Part shown: piece by piece, positions 19,258-28,543 of the stretch
Numbering within the stretch: position 1 is the stretch's first letter
Layout: the number at the start of each line of letters is the position of its first letter
Assembly: GCA_009692745.1 (NCBI GenBank)
Contig: SHYO01000003.1
Span: forward strand, 1-58,586
DNA length: 58,586 nucleotides
Reading direction: 5' to 3'
From: Chloroflexota bacterium
GTDB taxonomy: Bacteria > Chloroflexota > Anaerolineae > Epilineales > SHYO01
Translations under genes and position numbers: made by a program
Notes under the pieces: generated by a model
Database searches by the model: none
What the model saw: only the letters and a program-made list of their open reading frames with translations
Told to the model about the DNA's origin: nothing

Positions 19258-19884
19258 GTGCAGTTGATTGATGTTTCTGTGACGATTTCGCCCTCCTTGC
19301 CGGTGTGGCCGGGGGATCCGGCGCCACGTATCGAGCCGGTTACTCAGGTTAGCGCGGGGGCTCCTTTCAACCTGTCGCAGCTTTGCCTGGGGAGCCATAC
19401 CGGCACCCATGTGGACCCACCGTTACATTTTCTGCTGGGGCAGCGAGGAGTGGATGGGTTATCACTGGATATGTTGGTGGGCCCGGCGTATGTGGCGGAT
19501 TTTCCTGCGGCGGCGGTGATTCATAGGAGCGATTTGGTGGTTGCGGCGATTCCCCCAGAGACGCTACGGTTGTTGCTGCGCACGCGGAACAGCCGGGGAG
19601 GGAGGTCCAAAGTGTTCAACCCCGATTATGTGGCGCTGGCGGTGGATGCGGCACAGTACTGCATTGAGTGCGGCATCCAGCTGGTAGGCATTGATGGGCC
19701 GTCGATTGAGGCTTTTACCGTGATGGATTTCCCGGTCCACCTGGCGTTGCTACGAGCGGGTGTGGTCATTGTGGAAGGGTTGGATCTATCTCAGGTAGAG
19801 GCAGGTATGTATGAGTTGATCTGCCTACCGTTGAAGATTGAGAACGGGGATGGGGGGCCGGCGCGGGTGGTATTACGGAGATAA
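19258..19884 (+). CDS. Cyclase family (kynurenine formamidase-like) metal-dependent hydrolase
   Basis: WPGDP, HTGTHVD, GIDGPS, H..LL..VE.L, DGGPARV. Confidence 0.9.
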   Translation: MQLIDVSVTISPSLPVWPGDPAPRIEPVTQVSAGAPFNLSQLCLGSHTGTHVDPPLHFLLGQRGVDGLSLDMLVGPAYVADFPAAAVIHRSDLVVAAIPPETLRLLLRTRNSRGGRSKVFNPDYVALAVDAAQYCIECGIQLVGIDGPSIEAFTVMDFPVHLALLRAGVVIVEGLDLSQVEAGMYELICLPLKIENGDGGPARVVLRR

Positions 19885-20060
19885 AAAAATCCCTAACATA
19901 AAAAAGCAAACAGGATAGATGGATAAGAAGGATGGGACAGGATAAATCAAGTATAGAAGATGGGAAGATGTCAGTGGTAATACGTAGTTCTTGGAGAGGA
20001 TCGGTTGAATAAGTTGGTTGGTGCATTGCCGGGGATGGTATGGGGGTGGTGGTGTGAAAG

Positions 20061-21203
20061 TTGAGTGTTGAGGTGATATCGACGAGGGATTTGGCGCAGC
20101 GGGTGACGCGCCGGGCGGTCGAGTTGGGGTTCGACTTGGTGGGGGTGAGCCGGGAGATGGCTCCAGGGCAGGCGCAGGCGTATCGGACCTGGGTGGAAGC
20201 CGGGTACGGTGGGAAGATGGCGTACCTGGCGCGGCCGGACGCCTTGGCGCGGCGGGCGGATATGCAGTTGACCTTGCCGGAGGCGACGAGCCTGATTTCG
20301 GTGGGGGTGAGTTATTTTGTGAAGGATCTGCCAGCGGAGATCCGGCATGATCCGGCGCGGGGACTGATTGCGCGGTATGCTTGGGGCCAGGATTATCACG
20401 ATGTGCTGGCGCCCCGGTTACAGGTCCTGGGGACATTCCTGGCGGAGGAGTGCGGCACGCCGGTGCTGAGCCGGCCCTACGTGGATACGGGACCGCTGCT
20501 GGAACGGAACTTGGCGCACCAGGCCGGGCTGGGATTCATTGGGCGGAATACGATGCTGATCAATCCCGATTGGGGGTCATATCTCTTTCTGGGGGAGTTG
20601 ATTACGACGGCGGAGTTGGAGTCGGACAAGCCGGATAGCCGGGGAACCTGTGGGCACTGTACCCGCTGCCTGGCTGCCTGCCCGACAGAGGCGTTTGTGG
20701 CGCCCTATGTGCTGGATGCGCGGCGCTGCATCTCGTACCTGACGATTGAACTGAAAGGGCCGATTCCACGGGAGCTACGGTCGCTGATGGGGAACTGGAT
20801 CTTCGGCTGTGATGTGTGCCAGGAGGTTTGTCCCTGGACGCGGAAGTTCTCCCGCGTGACGCGCGCGCCGGCATTCCAGCCGGATCTGGAGGCGGTGGCG
20901 CCGCTTTTGCTCCCGCTGATAGGGCTGACGCCGGAAGGGTTTCGGGCGCGTTTTAAGAACTCGCCGGTAGCACGGGCAAAGCGGCGTGGTCTATTGCGGA
21001 ACGTGGCTGTGGCTCTGGGGAACTGGGGAGATGGGGCGGCGGTACCAGCGTTAAATGCAGCGCTGCAAGATCCCGAGCCACTGGTGCGCGGACATGTGGC
21101 CTGGGCTTTGGGCCGGATGGGAGAATACCGGCGGTTGCAGGCAGCGCGGGAGTGGGAGCAGGATGGATATGTGTTGGAGGAGATTGGGGCGGCTTTAGGA
21201 TGA
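20061..21203 (+). CDS. queG: tRNA epoxyqueuosine(34) reductase
   Basis: IARYAWGQDYH, YVDTGPLLER, CGHCTRC..CP, CISYLTIE, GCDVCQEVCP, HEAT-like tail. Confidence 0.95.
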   Translation: MSVEVISTRDLAQRVTRRAVELGFDLVGVSREMAPGQAQAYRTWVEAGYGGKMAYLARPDALARRADMQLTLPEATSLISVGVSYFVKDLPAEIRHDPARGLIARYAWGQDYHDVLAPRLQVLGTFLAEECGTPVLSRPYVDTGPLLERNLAHQAGLGFIGRNTMLINPDWGSYLFLGELITTAELESDKPDSRGTCGHCTRCLAACPTEAFVAPYVLDARRCISYLTIELKGPIPRELRSLMGNWIFGCDVCQEVCPWTRKFSRVTRAPAFQPDLEAVAPLLLPLIGLTPEGFRARFKNSPVARAKRRGLLRNVAVALGNWGDGAAVPALNAALQDPEPLVRGHVAWALGRMGEYRRLQAAREWEQDGYVLEEIGAALG

Positions 21204-21205
21204 CT

Positions 21206-21222
21206 GCCCAACCGGGTTGGGC
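21206..21222. repeat. 17-bp mini inverted repeat, copy 1
   Basis: GCCCAACC-G-GGTTGGGC; exact reverse complement of 54002-54018. Confidence 0.9.
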
Positions 21223-21236
21223 CGGTGACTTCCCAA

Positions 21237-21265
21237 TTGACAGGAATTTCCCCCCCGTTTATACT
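21237..21265 (+). promoter_or_regulatory. Sigma70/A-type promoter for the TrmH-M42 genes
   Basis: TTGACA-17 nt-TATACT. Confidence 0.7.
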
Positions 21266-21356
21266 GCCTCGAATACATTGGGATTGTTCGAGCAGATTCG
21301 GCTTGATATTTCTATCTACCAGCTTTACATTGAAAGTATCCATCTGAAAAATTGAT

Positions 21357-21917
21357 ATGAAGAAATCACTCCAAGGCACCCCATTGAAGCGCTTTCACCG
21401 GGAGTTCCGTCGCGAGCACCCCATTCAGCACAGCCTGGCGGTTATTTTGCAGAGTGTAGAGTACCCGGTGAATGTGGGATCGGCTTTCCGGATTGCGGAC
21501 GCGGTGAGGGTGGAAGAGATGATCCTGACGGGGATTACGCCAGTCCCGCCAAATCCTACCATTGTTAAGGTGGGGCGCAACAAGCATACGCGCGTGCCCT
21601 GGCGCTATGAAAAGGAGACCGAGAAACCGATCTCAGAGCTGAAGGCGCAGGCATACCGCATCTATGCGCTGGAGATTGCCGGCGAAGCGCAGCCGTATTA
21701 CGAGGTCGACTGGCCTGAGAAGGTGTGCCTGGTCGTGGGGCACGAGGACCACGGGGTGACCAAGGTGACGATGGCGCTGTGCGATGAGACGGTTTTTATT
21801 CCGATGTGGGGCAAAGGGGCTTCGTTGAACGTACATGTAGCTCTGGCGGTAGTCTTATTCCATATCCGTTACCTGGGGATCCAGGGCGGCAAGAGGGAGG
21901 AGACCGGAAGTGCTTGA
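21357..21917 (+). CDS. SpoU/TrmH family RNA methyltransferase
   Basis: NVGSAFR, VGHEDHG, IPM.G..SLNV. Confidence 0.92.
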   Translation: MKKSLQGTPLKRFHREFRREHPIQHSLAVILQSVEYPVNVGSAFRIADAVRVEEMILTGITPVPPNPTIVKVGRNKHTRVPWRYEKETEKPISELKAQAYRIYALEIAGEAQPYYEVDWPEKVCLVVGHEDHGVTKVTMALCDETVFIPMWGKGASLNVHVALAVVLFHIRYLGIQGGKREETGSA

Positions 21918-22965
21918 CGCCCAAGAAGTGCTGACCAGATTATCGGAGAGCAATGGGGTTTCCGGTTATGAGGATGGGGTCCGACAGCAGGTGATTGCCA
22001 CGTGCCAGGCACTGGGGCTGGAGGTGCGCACCGATGTGTTGGGCAATCTGATTGGCCGGAAATCTGGCAGTGCGGCAGATGCCCCCCATAGCGTCATGCT
22101 GGCGGCCCACATGGATGAGATCGGGTTGATTGTGATGAAACTCGATAAAGGCTTTATCCGGTTTGGCAAGGTGGGGGGTATCGACGCGCGCACCTTGCCA
22201 GGGCAGGAGGTCCTGGTGCATGGGCGGCGGGAGCTGCCAGGGATCATTGCGTCCCGGCCGCCGCACGTCTTACCGGCGGAAGAACGGGAGAAGGTTTTAC
22301 AACTGGATCAGTTGTTTATTGACGTGGGACTCACAGCAGCGGAATTGGCCAGCCAGGTGCGGGTGGGGGACCTGATTACGATCCGGCGACAGGTGACGCC
22401 CTTGCAGGGGAATTATCTAAGTGGTAAGGCCCTCGATAATCGCGCCTGTGTCACGGCGATGCTGCTGGCGATGGATCTCTTGCGCCATATGGAGCATCTC
22501 TGGGATGTCTATGCCGTGGCGACGGTGCAGGAGGAGACTGGGTTACAGGGCGCTATTACCAGCACCTTCCATCTGGCGCCGACGATAGGGATTGCCCTGG
22601 ATGTGACCTTCGGCGCGGTAGGCTCTCCGGGTGAGCCGGAGATGTTAGAGATGAACAAAGGCCCGGCGGTTTCTTTTGGTCCCAATATCCATCCTATGAT
22701 TTTCCGGCGTCTGAAAGAGGTTTGCCGGCAGAATGAGATCCCTTTTCAGGTGGAACCGGTGCCGGGTATGTCGGGCACGGATGCGATAGCGATGCAAGTG
22801 ACACAGAGCGGATTGCCGACGGGATTGGTGGGAATTCCGCTGCGGTATATGCATAGTTCGGTGGAGACGGTGCATCTGCGGGATATCGAGCGCACCGCCA
22901 GGTTGTTGGCCCTGTTTATTGCCGGGTTGGATGAGGCATTTTTGACGTCTCTGGCGTTAGATTAA
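21910..22965 (+). CDS. M42 family (TET) aminopeptidase 1
   Basis: AHMDEIG, KALDNR, VQEE, ALDV, RYMHS: all ligands intact. Confidence 0.93.
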   Translation: MLDAQEVLTRLSESNGVSGYEDGVRQQVIATCQALGLEVRTDVLGNLIGRKSGSAADAPHSVMLAAHMDEIGLIVMKLDKGFIRFGKVGGIDARTLPGQEVLVHGRRELPGIIASRPPHVLPAEEREKVLQLDQLFIDVGLTAAELASQVRVGDLITIRRQVTPLQGNYLSGKALDNRACVTAMLLAMDLLRHMEHLWDVYAVATVQEETGLQGAITSTFHLAPTIGIALDVTFGAVGSPGEPEMLEMNKGPAVSFGPNIHPMIFRRLKEVCRQNEIPFQVEPVPGMSGTDAIAMQVTQSGLPTGLVGIPLRYMHSSVETVHLRDIERTARLLALFIAGLDEAFLTSLALD

Positions 22966-22982
22966 GTAGCGGGAGTGGCACT

Positions 22983-24210
22983 TTGAGCACAATTCATGCT
23001 GCGGAACAACCGCAAGATAAGAGCATTGCCAGCCAATGGGCCAGCCGCTGGCCTGATTTTGAGCAGACGGTGGCGTTGTTACAATCCCTATCGGAAGCGC
23101 GGGGAATTGCAGGGCAGGAAGAGCAAGTGCGGGCGGTGATCAAAACTGCCATCAAAGATCATGTGGATAGTATGCGGGTAGACGCCCTGGGAAACCTGCT
23201 AGCCTATAAACGTGGTACTGGGGCAGACCGGCGCCGGGTGATGCTAGATGCTCACATGGATGAAGTGGGCTTTATGGTGGTGAAAATCGAGGCGAACGGT
23301 CTGCTGCGTATTAGAAAGATTGGCGGCTGGGACGACCGGCTGCTGGCATCCAAGCTGGTGCAGGTAGGGCGCAGTGGTGTCCCAGGGGTGATTGGGTTGA
23401 AGGCGATCCATCTGCTCAGTACTGATGAGCGGAACAGGCTGGTCAAGACAGCAGATCTAGGGATCGATATCGGGGCCGGCAGCCAGGCAGAAGCGGAAAG
23501 ATGGGTCGAATTGGGCGATATGGTTACCCTGGCGGCGCAGTTCGAGCAGGTCGGCGGCTTGTTAAAGGGTAAGGCTTTCGATGATCGGGCCGGCTGTACC
23601 GTAGCGATAGAGCTGCTGCGCGGTGGTCCCTATCCATGCGATATTGTGGCGGCTTTTACGGTACAGGAAGAGGTAGGGCTACGCGGCGCACAGGTAGCGG
23701 CTTACGATATCAATCCCGACCTGGCGTTTGCCTTTGAAGGTACAATTGCCGATGATTTGCCAAAGGAACAGGATGCCAGCCCAACTACGGAATTAGGCAA
23801 GGGACCGGCGCTCTCGATTATGGACAGCTCGGCGATTATGCACCGGGGGTTGAATGAGCACCTGATGCGGGTAGCGCAAGAACTGGGCATACCCTACCAG
23901 TTTAAGCAACCGGGAATTGGGGGCACCAATGTGGGGCGCATACACCTGGCCCGCGAAGGCATTGCGGCGACGGTTGTTTCTGTGCCCTGCCGGTATATCC
24001 ATGCTCCGGCGGCGAGACAGTGCGTAATTGACGTTTGCAGAGCAAGTGCTATCGTCTGGTTACCTCGTCGAATTTGGCCTGATTAGGCCTGCCGTTTGTG
24101 CCACAAACGTCAATTACGCAGTCTCGGCGGCGATGGTACATCCGGATGACCTGGCCCATGAGATTGTGTTGATGCGGGCAGCTTTAAAGCGGATCGCGAC
24201 GTTTGCCTAG
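22983..24210 (+). pseudogene. M42 family aminopeptidase 2, interrupted near its 3' end by a MITE
   Basis: AHMDEVG, KAFDDR, VQEE, RYIH. Removing 118 nt (element plus one target copy) restores ..YIHAPAAMVHPDDLAHEIVLMRAALKRIATFA* ending at 24210. Confidence 0.88.
24016..24125. mobile_element. 110-bp MITE with 22-bp terminal inverted repeats and 8-bp target duplication
   Basis: TIRs GACAGTGCGTAATTGACGTTTG / GAGACTGCGTAATTGACGTTTG (2 mismatches); direct repeat GGCGGCGA at 24008-24015 and 24126-24133. Confidence 0.9.
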
Positions 24211-24252
24211 CCCCTCAGTTTCTGAGCGCTAGCACGCTACGGAGGAAATGGT

Positions 24253-25245
24253 GTGAAAGAGCTGATTAAGAAATTGACTGAAACGTATGGCCCTTCCGGC
24301 CGGGAAGAACGGGTGCGGGATGTTATCCGCCAGGAAATCGATAATCTGGTGGATACGGTGCGGATCGATACGCTGGGCAATCTGATCACGATGCGCAAAG
24401 GTAATAGAGGGCAGGGGCGGCGTATCATGATAGCAGCCCACATGGATGAGATTGGCGTGATTGTGACCCATATCGACCAGGAAGGCTTCCTGCGCTTTGC
24501 CGGGATCGGCGGGGTAGGGGTGATGGGGTTGGCCGGCAACCGGGTGCAATTTGCCGATGGGACCCTGGGCACCATTAATCTGGAGGGGCACAGGGACACG
24601 TCGAAGACCCCTAAGATATCCGAATTTTACATCGATATCGGCGCCTGCAAGAAGGAAGATGTAAAGCTGCAGGTAGGAGATATGGGGGTGTTTGCCCATC
24701 CTTGCGTGGATCTGGGGCAGCGACTGATTGCCAAGGCGATGGATGACCGGCTGGGATGTGCGGTGCTTATTCAAACCTTGCGCGAATTGAAAGATAGTCC
24801 GCATGAGGTAGTTTTTACGTTTACCGTACAGGAAAAAGTGGGTGTGCGCGGGGCGCAAACGGCGGCTTTCGGCGTAGAACCCGAGATAGCTCTGGCTGTG
24901 GACGTGACGCCCGCCGGAGACATGCCGGAAGCTACACGGATGACGGTGTCGCTGGGGGCCGGGCCGGCTATCAAGGTGAAGGATTCTGGGATGCTGGCCC
25001 ATCCGCAGGTGGTTAAGGCTATGACCGCCGCTGCGGAAAGAGGTGATTTGCCATACCAGTACGAAGTATTAGAGGCAGGAGGGACAGATGCGGATGCTAT
25101 CCAGGTGAGCCGGGGTGGTGTACTGACAGGGGCGCTCTCCATTCCGACGCGCTATGTACATTCGGTTTCTGAAATGGTGGACTACCGGGATGTGCTGAAT
25201 GCCGTGCGTTTGCTGGTGGAATTCCTGTCCCACGATATTTCTTAG
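24253..25245 (+). CDS. M42 family aminopeptidase 3 (QEE motif changed to QEK)
   Basis: AHMDEIG, KAMDDR, TVQEKVG, AVDV, RYVHS. Confidence 0.9.
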   Translation: MKELIKKLTETYGPSGREERVRDVIRQEIDNLVDTVRIDTLGNLITMRKGNRGQGRRIMIAAHMDEIGVIVTHIDQEGFLRFAGIGGVGVMGLAGNRVQFADGTLGTINLEGHRDTSKTPKISEFYIDIGACKKEDVKLQVGDMGVFAHPCVDLGQRLIAKAMDDRLGCAVLIQTLRELKDSPHEVVFTFTVQEKVGVRGAQTAAFGVEPEIALAVDVTPAGDMPEATRMTVSLGAGPAIKVKDSGMLAHPQVVKAMTAAAERGDLPYQYEVLEAGGTDADAIQVSRGGVLTGALSIPTRYVHSVSEMVDYRDVLNAVRLLVEFLSHDIS

Positions 25246-25266
25246 TTTCCTCAATTAGTTTCGTCA

Positions 25267-25316
25267 AAAAGAAGACCGCTTTCTGCGGGTAGAACCCTGG
25301 AGAAAGCGGTTTTCTT
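25267..25316. terminator. Probable bidirectional terminator
   Basis: AAGAAGACCGCTTTCT...AGAAAGCGGTTTTCTT between convergent genes. Confidence 0.65.
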
Positions 25317-25414
25317 AGGTCGTCAGTTAAATATTGATTTGCGTCAGACTATTGAAACCATCTACCCCATATTCTCGACTGCTAAGACAACCCGTCTTCT
25401 GGTACTACGAAACT

Positions 25415-25930
25415 TTACCAGCCGTGGCCGTAGCCGCCGTAGCTGTTACCGTAGCCGCCATAGTAGCCGTAGTTGTAATAGCCAGGATACCCGTAACCAG
25501 CCTGGCTATAGCCATAATTCCCATAACCATAGCCAGAGTTCCCATAACCATAGCCAGAGTTCCCACAACCGCAGCCATTGTTGCTGTAACCAGAGTTCCC
25601 GTAACCATAGCCAGAGTTCCCTTGACCATAACCAGAGTTCCCGTAGTTATTGCTGTATCCGGAGGGGACGCAGACGGTGGTGCCGGCCCGCACCCAGTTC
25701 GGGTTAGCGATACCGCTGGCGGCGGCAATTGCGCCAGCCGAGCTGCCATACTTCCAGGCGATGCCCGAAAGGGTTTGCCCGTTACCGACCCGCACGTAAG
25801 TGCAGTTTCCCCAAGCCGAGGGGGAATCCTGTGGAGCGGCGAAGGCCGTAGCGCTGGTCAAAGCGAGAGATAATGCCACTACCACTACAGTAACTGTAAC
25901 TGCGATCCGGCGACTCAGAAAATTCTTCAT
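25415..25930 (-). CDS. Secreted LysM-domain protein with Gly/Tyr/Asn/Ser-rich repeat tail
   Basis: Signal peptide ending AFA, LysM (V.NGQTLSGIA.KYG..I..A.GIANPN...G..V.VP), five GNSGY repeats; GAGGAGG RBS. Confidence 0.88.
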   Translation of the reverse strand: MKNFLSRRIAVTVTVVVVALSLALTSATAFAAPQDSPSAWGNCTYVRVGNGQTLSGIAWKYGSSAGAIAAASGIANPNWVRAGTTVCVPSGYSNNYGNSGYGQGNSGYGYGNSGYSNNGCGCGNSGYGYGNSGYGYGNYGYSQAGYGYPGYYNYGYYGGYGNSYGGYGHGW

Positions 25931-25974
25931 ACCTTACCTCCTCAGTAATTAAGTTTGCTTTGCGACCTACAAGT

Positions 25975-26003
25975 AATATACTGCAAATATTAGAGTAACT
26001 CAA
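25975..26003 (-). promoter_or_regulatory. Candidate promoter for the LysM gene
   Basis: Minus strand TTGAGT-17 nt-TATATT. Confidence 0.45.
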
Positions 26004-26115
26004 TAGGATCGCATTAAGGTTGCGTAAAAATATATTAATACCGTTGATTCTGGTGAATTCTTTGCAAAAAGAGGTGTTTGAAATGGGTTGAAACCGGCAG
26101 GTTGGCGGGAGACAC

Positions 26116-26147
26116 AAAAGAAAAAGGGGCAACCGTGTGGCTGCCCC
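26116..26147 (-). terminator. Rho-independent terminator
   Basis: Minus strand GGGGCAGCC-acac-GGTTGCCCC-TTTTTCTTTT. Confidence 0.8.
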
Positions 26148-26180
26148 GCCGGGATCGATTGGCTTTGGAAGCCACGGAAT

Positions 26181-27332
26181 TTAATGTCCGGAGGCTTTAG
26201 CGATAGGACGCAGCTCAATTACCAGGCGTTCAAAGAAGCTATGGGGAGCGACTGATTCATCCTGTCCATAGGCCATATCCAGGATAGTGGCTTGTAAGCG
26301 GTAGCTTTTGGTTTCGAGGATCATGAGTTTATTCGGTTCGGCTAGCTTGGCATCGCCACGGGATGTTAACTGGCTGCGCAAATTTTGATCCTGGTAGTAT
26401 GCGTATTCGCTAAGGATCATCATAGAAGTAGTACGAACATCATCTTTTTCATAGAGCCAGAGTTTCATGGCGGTAGGGTGGTCCGGTGGGGTGTCTCCTA
26501 CGATAGCGGCGCGCGACAAACCGCATTCGATGACCGGTTCGCCGCGGGTATCGTCGATCACGAAGGATTCCTTGTAGTTATCCATACCGAGTTCAAACTG
26601 AGCTATAAAGGTCTGTGTAGCCGGGGGGGAGCCGCGCTTGGCCGGGCCGGCATCCTGCGGGGCCGCCTGGGGGCCCCGGAAGAGCTCGGTGGCAGCAAAT
26701 TCAGAAGCTGACCCGCTGGGAAGAGGCCTGGTCGTGGCAGAGAATCTATTGCGCAGGGAGGGAGCTGGATTTGAGACATCCAGGTTTTCTTCGTCTATAT
26801 CGCCTGCAGCGACAGGTGGTGTGGCGTGGCGCCCTTTACCGAAGGGTAGGTTACTGCTAGATAGTAGTTTTTGTCCCCTGGTGCCGATTCCCACGATGAT
26901 TACTGCCAGAACTGCCAGGACCAAAAGGGTGATCAGGCTGCCAGGAGGTCCGCCACTGTTTCCGGCCGCCTGGCCGGGGCGGGCTGGAGCGTTGGTGACT
27001 GCCGTGGCCAGGCGCCGGAATTGTTGGGCGTCCTGGGGCAGGCCGTTAGATTCTCGTTCGACGGCCAGATCTTGCAGCAGTTGGTTTGTCTGTTTTGGAT
27101 CGATTGAAGATAGGCGCGCCAGGGCGCGCGCCGTATCCTGGTTGGCCGTGTAGGATTCCGCAACGGCGCTGACGTAATCACGCCGCGCCAGAGGCGATAA
27201 ATCCGCAGGCGTGGCGTTCTCCCATTGAACCGGGAATATCCACCAGCCCAATACAACCAGACCGAAAGCAGCCCCCACAACGAAGGCAAACGCCAAGCCG
27301 CGAATATCCTGGCGCCTGAGTAAAGCTTCCAT
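26181..27332 (-). CDS. Hypothetical membrane protein (two TM segments, soluble C-terminal domain)
   Basis: 383-aa ORF with GGAGG RBS and two hydrophobic stretches; no family recognised. Confidence 0.8.
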   Translation of the reverse strand: MEALLRRQDIRGLAFAFVVGAAFGLVVLGWWIFPVQWENATPADLSPLARRDYVSAVAESYTANQDTARALARLSSIDPKQTNQLLQDLAVERESNGLPQDAQQFRRLATAVTNAPARPGQAAGNSGGPPGSLITLLVLAVLAVIIVGIGTRGQKLLSSSNLPFGKGRHATPPVAAGDIDEENLDVSNPAPSLRNRFSATTRPLPSGSASEFAATELFRGPQAAPQDAGPAKRGSPPATQTFIAQFELGMDNYKESFVIDDTRGEPVIECGLSRAAIVGDTPPDHPTAMKLWLYEKDDVRTTSMMILSEYAYYQDQNLRSQLTSRGDAKLAEPNKLMILETKSYRLQATILDMAYGQDESVAPHSFFERLVIELRPIAKASGH

Positions 27333-27457
27333 AGTTACCCTCCAACACTACGAGATAGAACGGACTGCGGCCCCCGGGTAAATTATCAGGCACTTGGGTC
27401 CCGAGCGACAGGCAGGTTATTTATTCATGCGTCACATTTAACACATGACGGATTAAG

Positions 27458-28543
27458 CTATGTTCCTGGGATACTTGCTTCTTTAGACGCTTTAGTTAAA
27501 ACCTCACAACCCGTTTCTGTGATCACGGCAAAATCCTCAATTCTGATTCCCCCCCACCCCGGCAGATAGATGCCCGGCTCAATTGTCACGGTGTTGCCCG
27601 GTTTTAGGATCTCCGAAGAGGATTGGCTGAGGCGCGGCCGCTCGTGGATATCCAGGCCGGCGCCATGCCCCAGGCTATGGCCGAAATAGTCTCCATATCC
27701 GGCTTCGGTAATGATTTGCCGGGCGATAGTATCGACTTCTTTGCCACTCATCTGGGGGCGCAGAGCAGCGGTGGCAGCCTGCTGGGCCCGTAACACGATA
27801 GCGTAGATCTCCCGGAATGTATTATCGGTGGGGCCGAGGCAGATAGTGCGGGTCATATCAGCGTCATACCCCTGTACGCGTGCTCCCATATCGATGACGA
27901 TAGGTTGGCCCCGGAGTAGAGGCGCGTCGCTGGGGTGGGCGTGGGGCATGGCCCCATTTGGCCCACCTGCTACGATGATATCAAAGGCCATTTGTTCCGC
28001 GCCATGGACCCGCATGAAGCTCTCCAGGAGCCAGGCTGCTTCGCGCTCCGTCATGCCCTGTTTGAATTGGGGCGTGACTTCGGTGAAGGCGGTGTCTGTT
28101 AATGCCACCGCCTGGCGGATCAGGTCCAGTTCTGCTCCATCTTTGCTGACCCGGAGATCTTCAACCAGGCCGGTGGTCGGAACCCATTCTACCTGGGGAG
28201 CAGCCTGGATATACGTCTGATAGTCGGCGTAGCTCAGATGGACAGATTCAAAGCCAACGCGGCTGGCATGCATATCGTCGAGCATTTGGGGCAGTAATTT
28301 GGCAATCTCGTTACCCCCCTTTTTTAAGGAAAAGGCCGGCGCTTGAGAGGGGGCCTGTTCGTAATAGCGGAAATCGGTGGCTAGAAAGGCACAGGTGGCA
28401 TTTACCAGCAAGATACCGGCACTCCCGGTGAAACCACTGATATACCGGCGATTGGTAGGATTGGTGATGACCAGGGCATCTATGTCGGCTTCTAAAATAT
28501 GTTCGCGCAGGGCGGCCAGACGCTTATGCAGATTATCCCTCAT
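27458..28543 (-). CDS. Xaa-Pro aminopeptidase/dipeptidase (M24B)
   Basis: PH, DMG..Y.ADMTRT, HSLGHG.G..IHE, TIEPGIY, GIRIED. Confidence 0.94.
   Translation of the reverse strand: MRDNLHKRLAALREHILEADIDALVITNPTNRRYISGFTGSAGILLVNATCAFLATDFRYYEQAPSQAPAFSLKKGGNEIAKLLPQMLDDMHASRVGFESVHLSYADYQTYIQAAPQVEWVPTTGLVEDLRVSKDGAELDLIRQAVALTDTAFTEVTPQFKQGMTEREAAWLLESFMRVHGAEQMAFDIIVAGGPNGAMPHAHPSDAPLLRGQPIVIDMGARVQGYDADMTRTICLGPTDNTFREIYAIVLRAQQAATAALRPQMSGKEVDTIARQIITEAGYGDYFGHSLGHGAGLDIHERPRLSQSSSEILKPGNTVTIEPGIYLPGWGGIRIEDFAVITETGCEVLTKASKEASIPGT

Noticed and set aside
21200-21355. Small ORF between queG and the TrmH gene with ATGA overlap
   Set aside because: No recognisable motif; the interval is better explained by the TTGACA-17-TATACT promoter and its UTR.
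25500-25650. Repeats as a possible CRISPR array
   Set aside because: Contiguous 21-nt coding repeats with no unique spacers, and no cas genes.
25334-25873. Repetitive plus-strand ORFs (TIARVP, HNHSQSS)
   Set aside because: Alternative frames of the GNSGY repeat; the minus-strand gene has the RBS, signal peptide and LysM.
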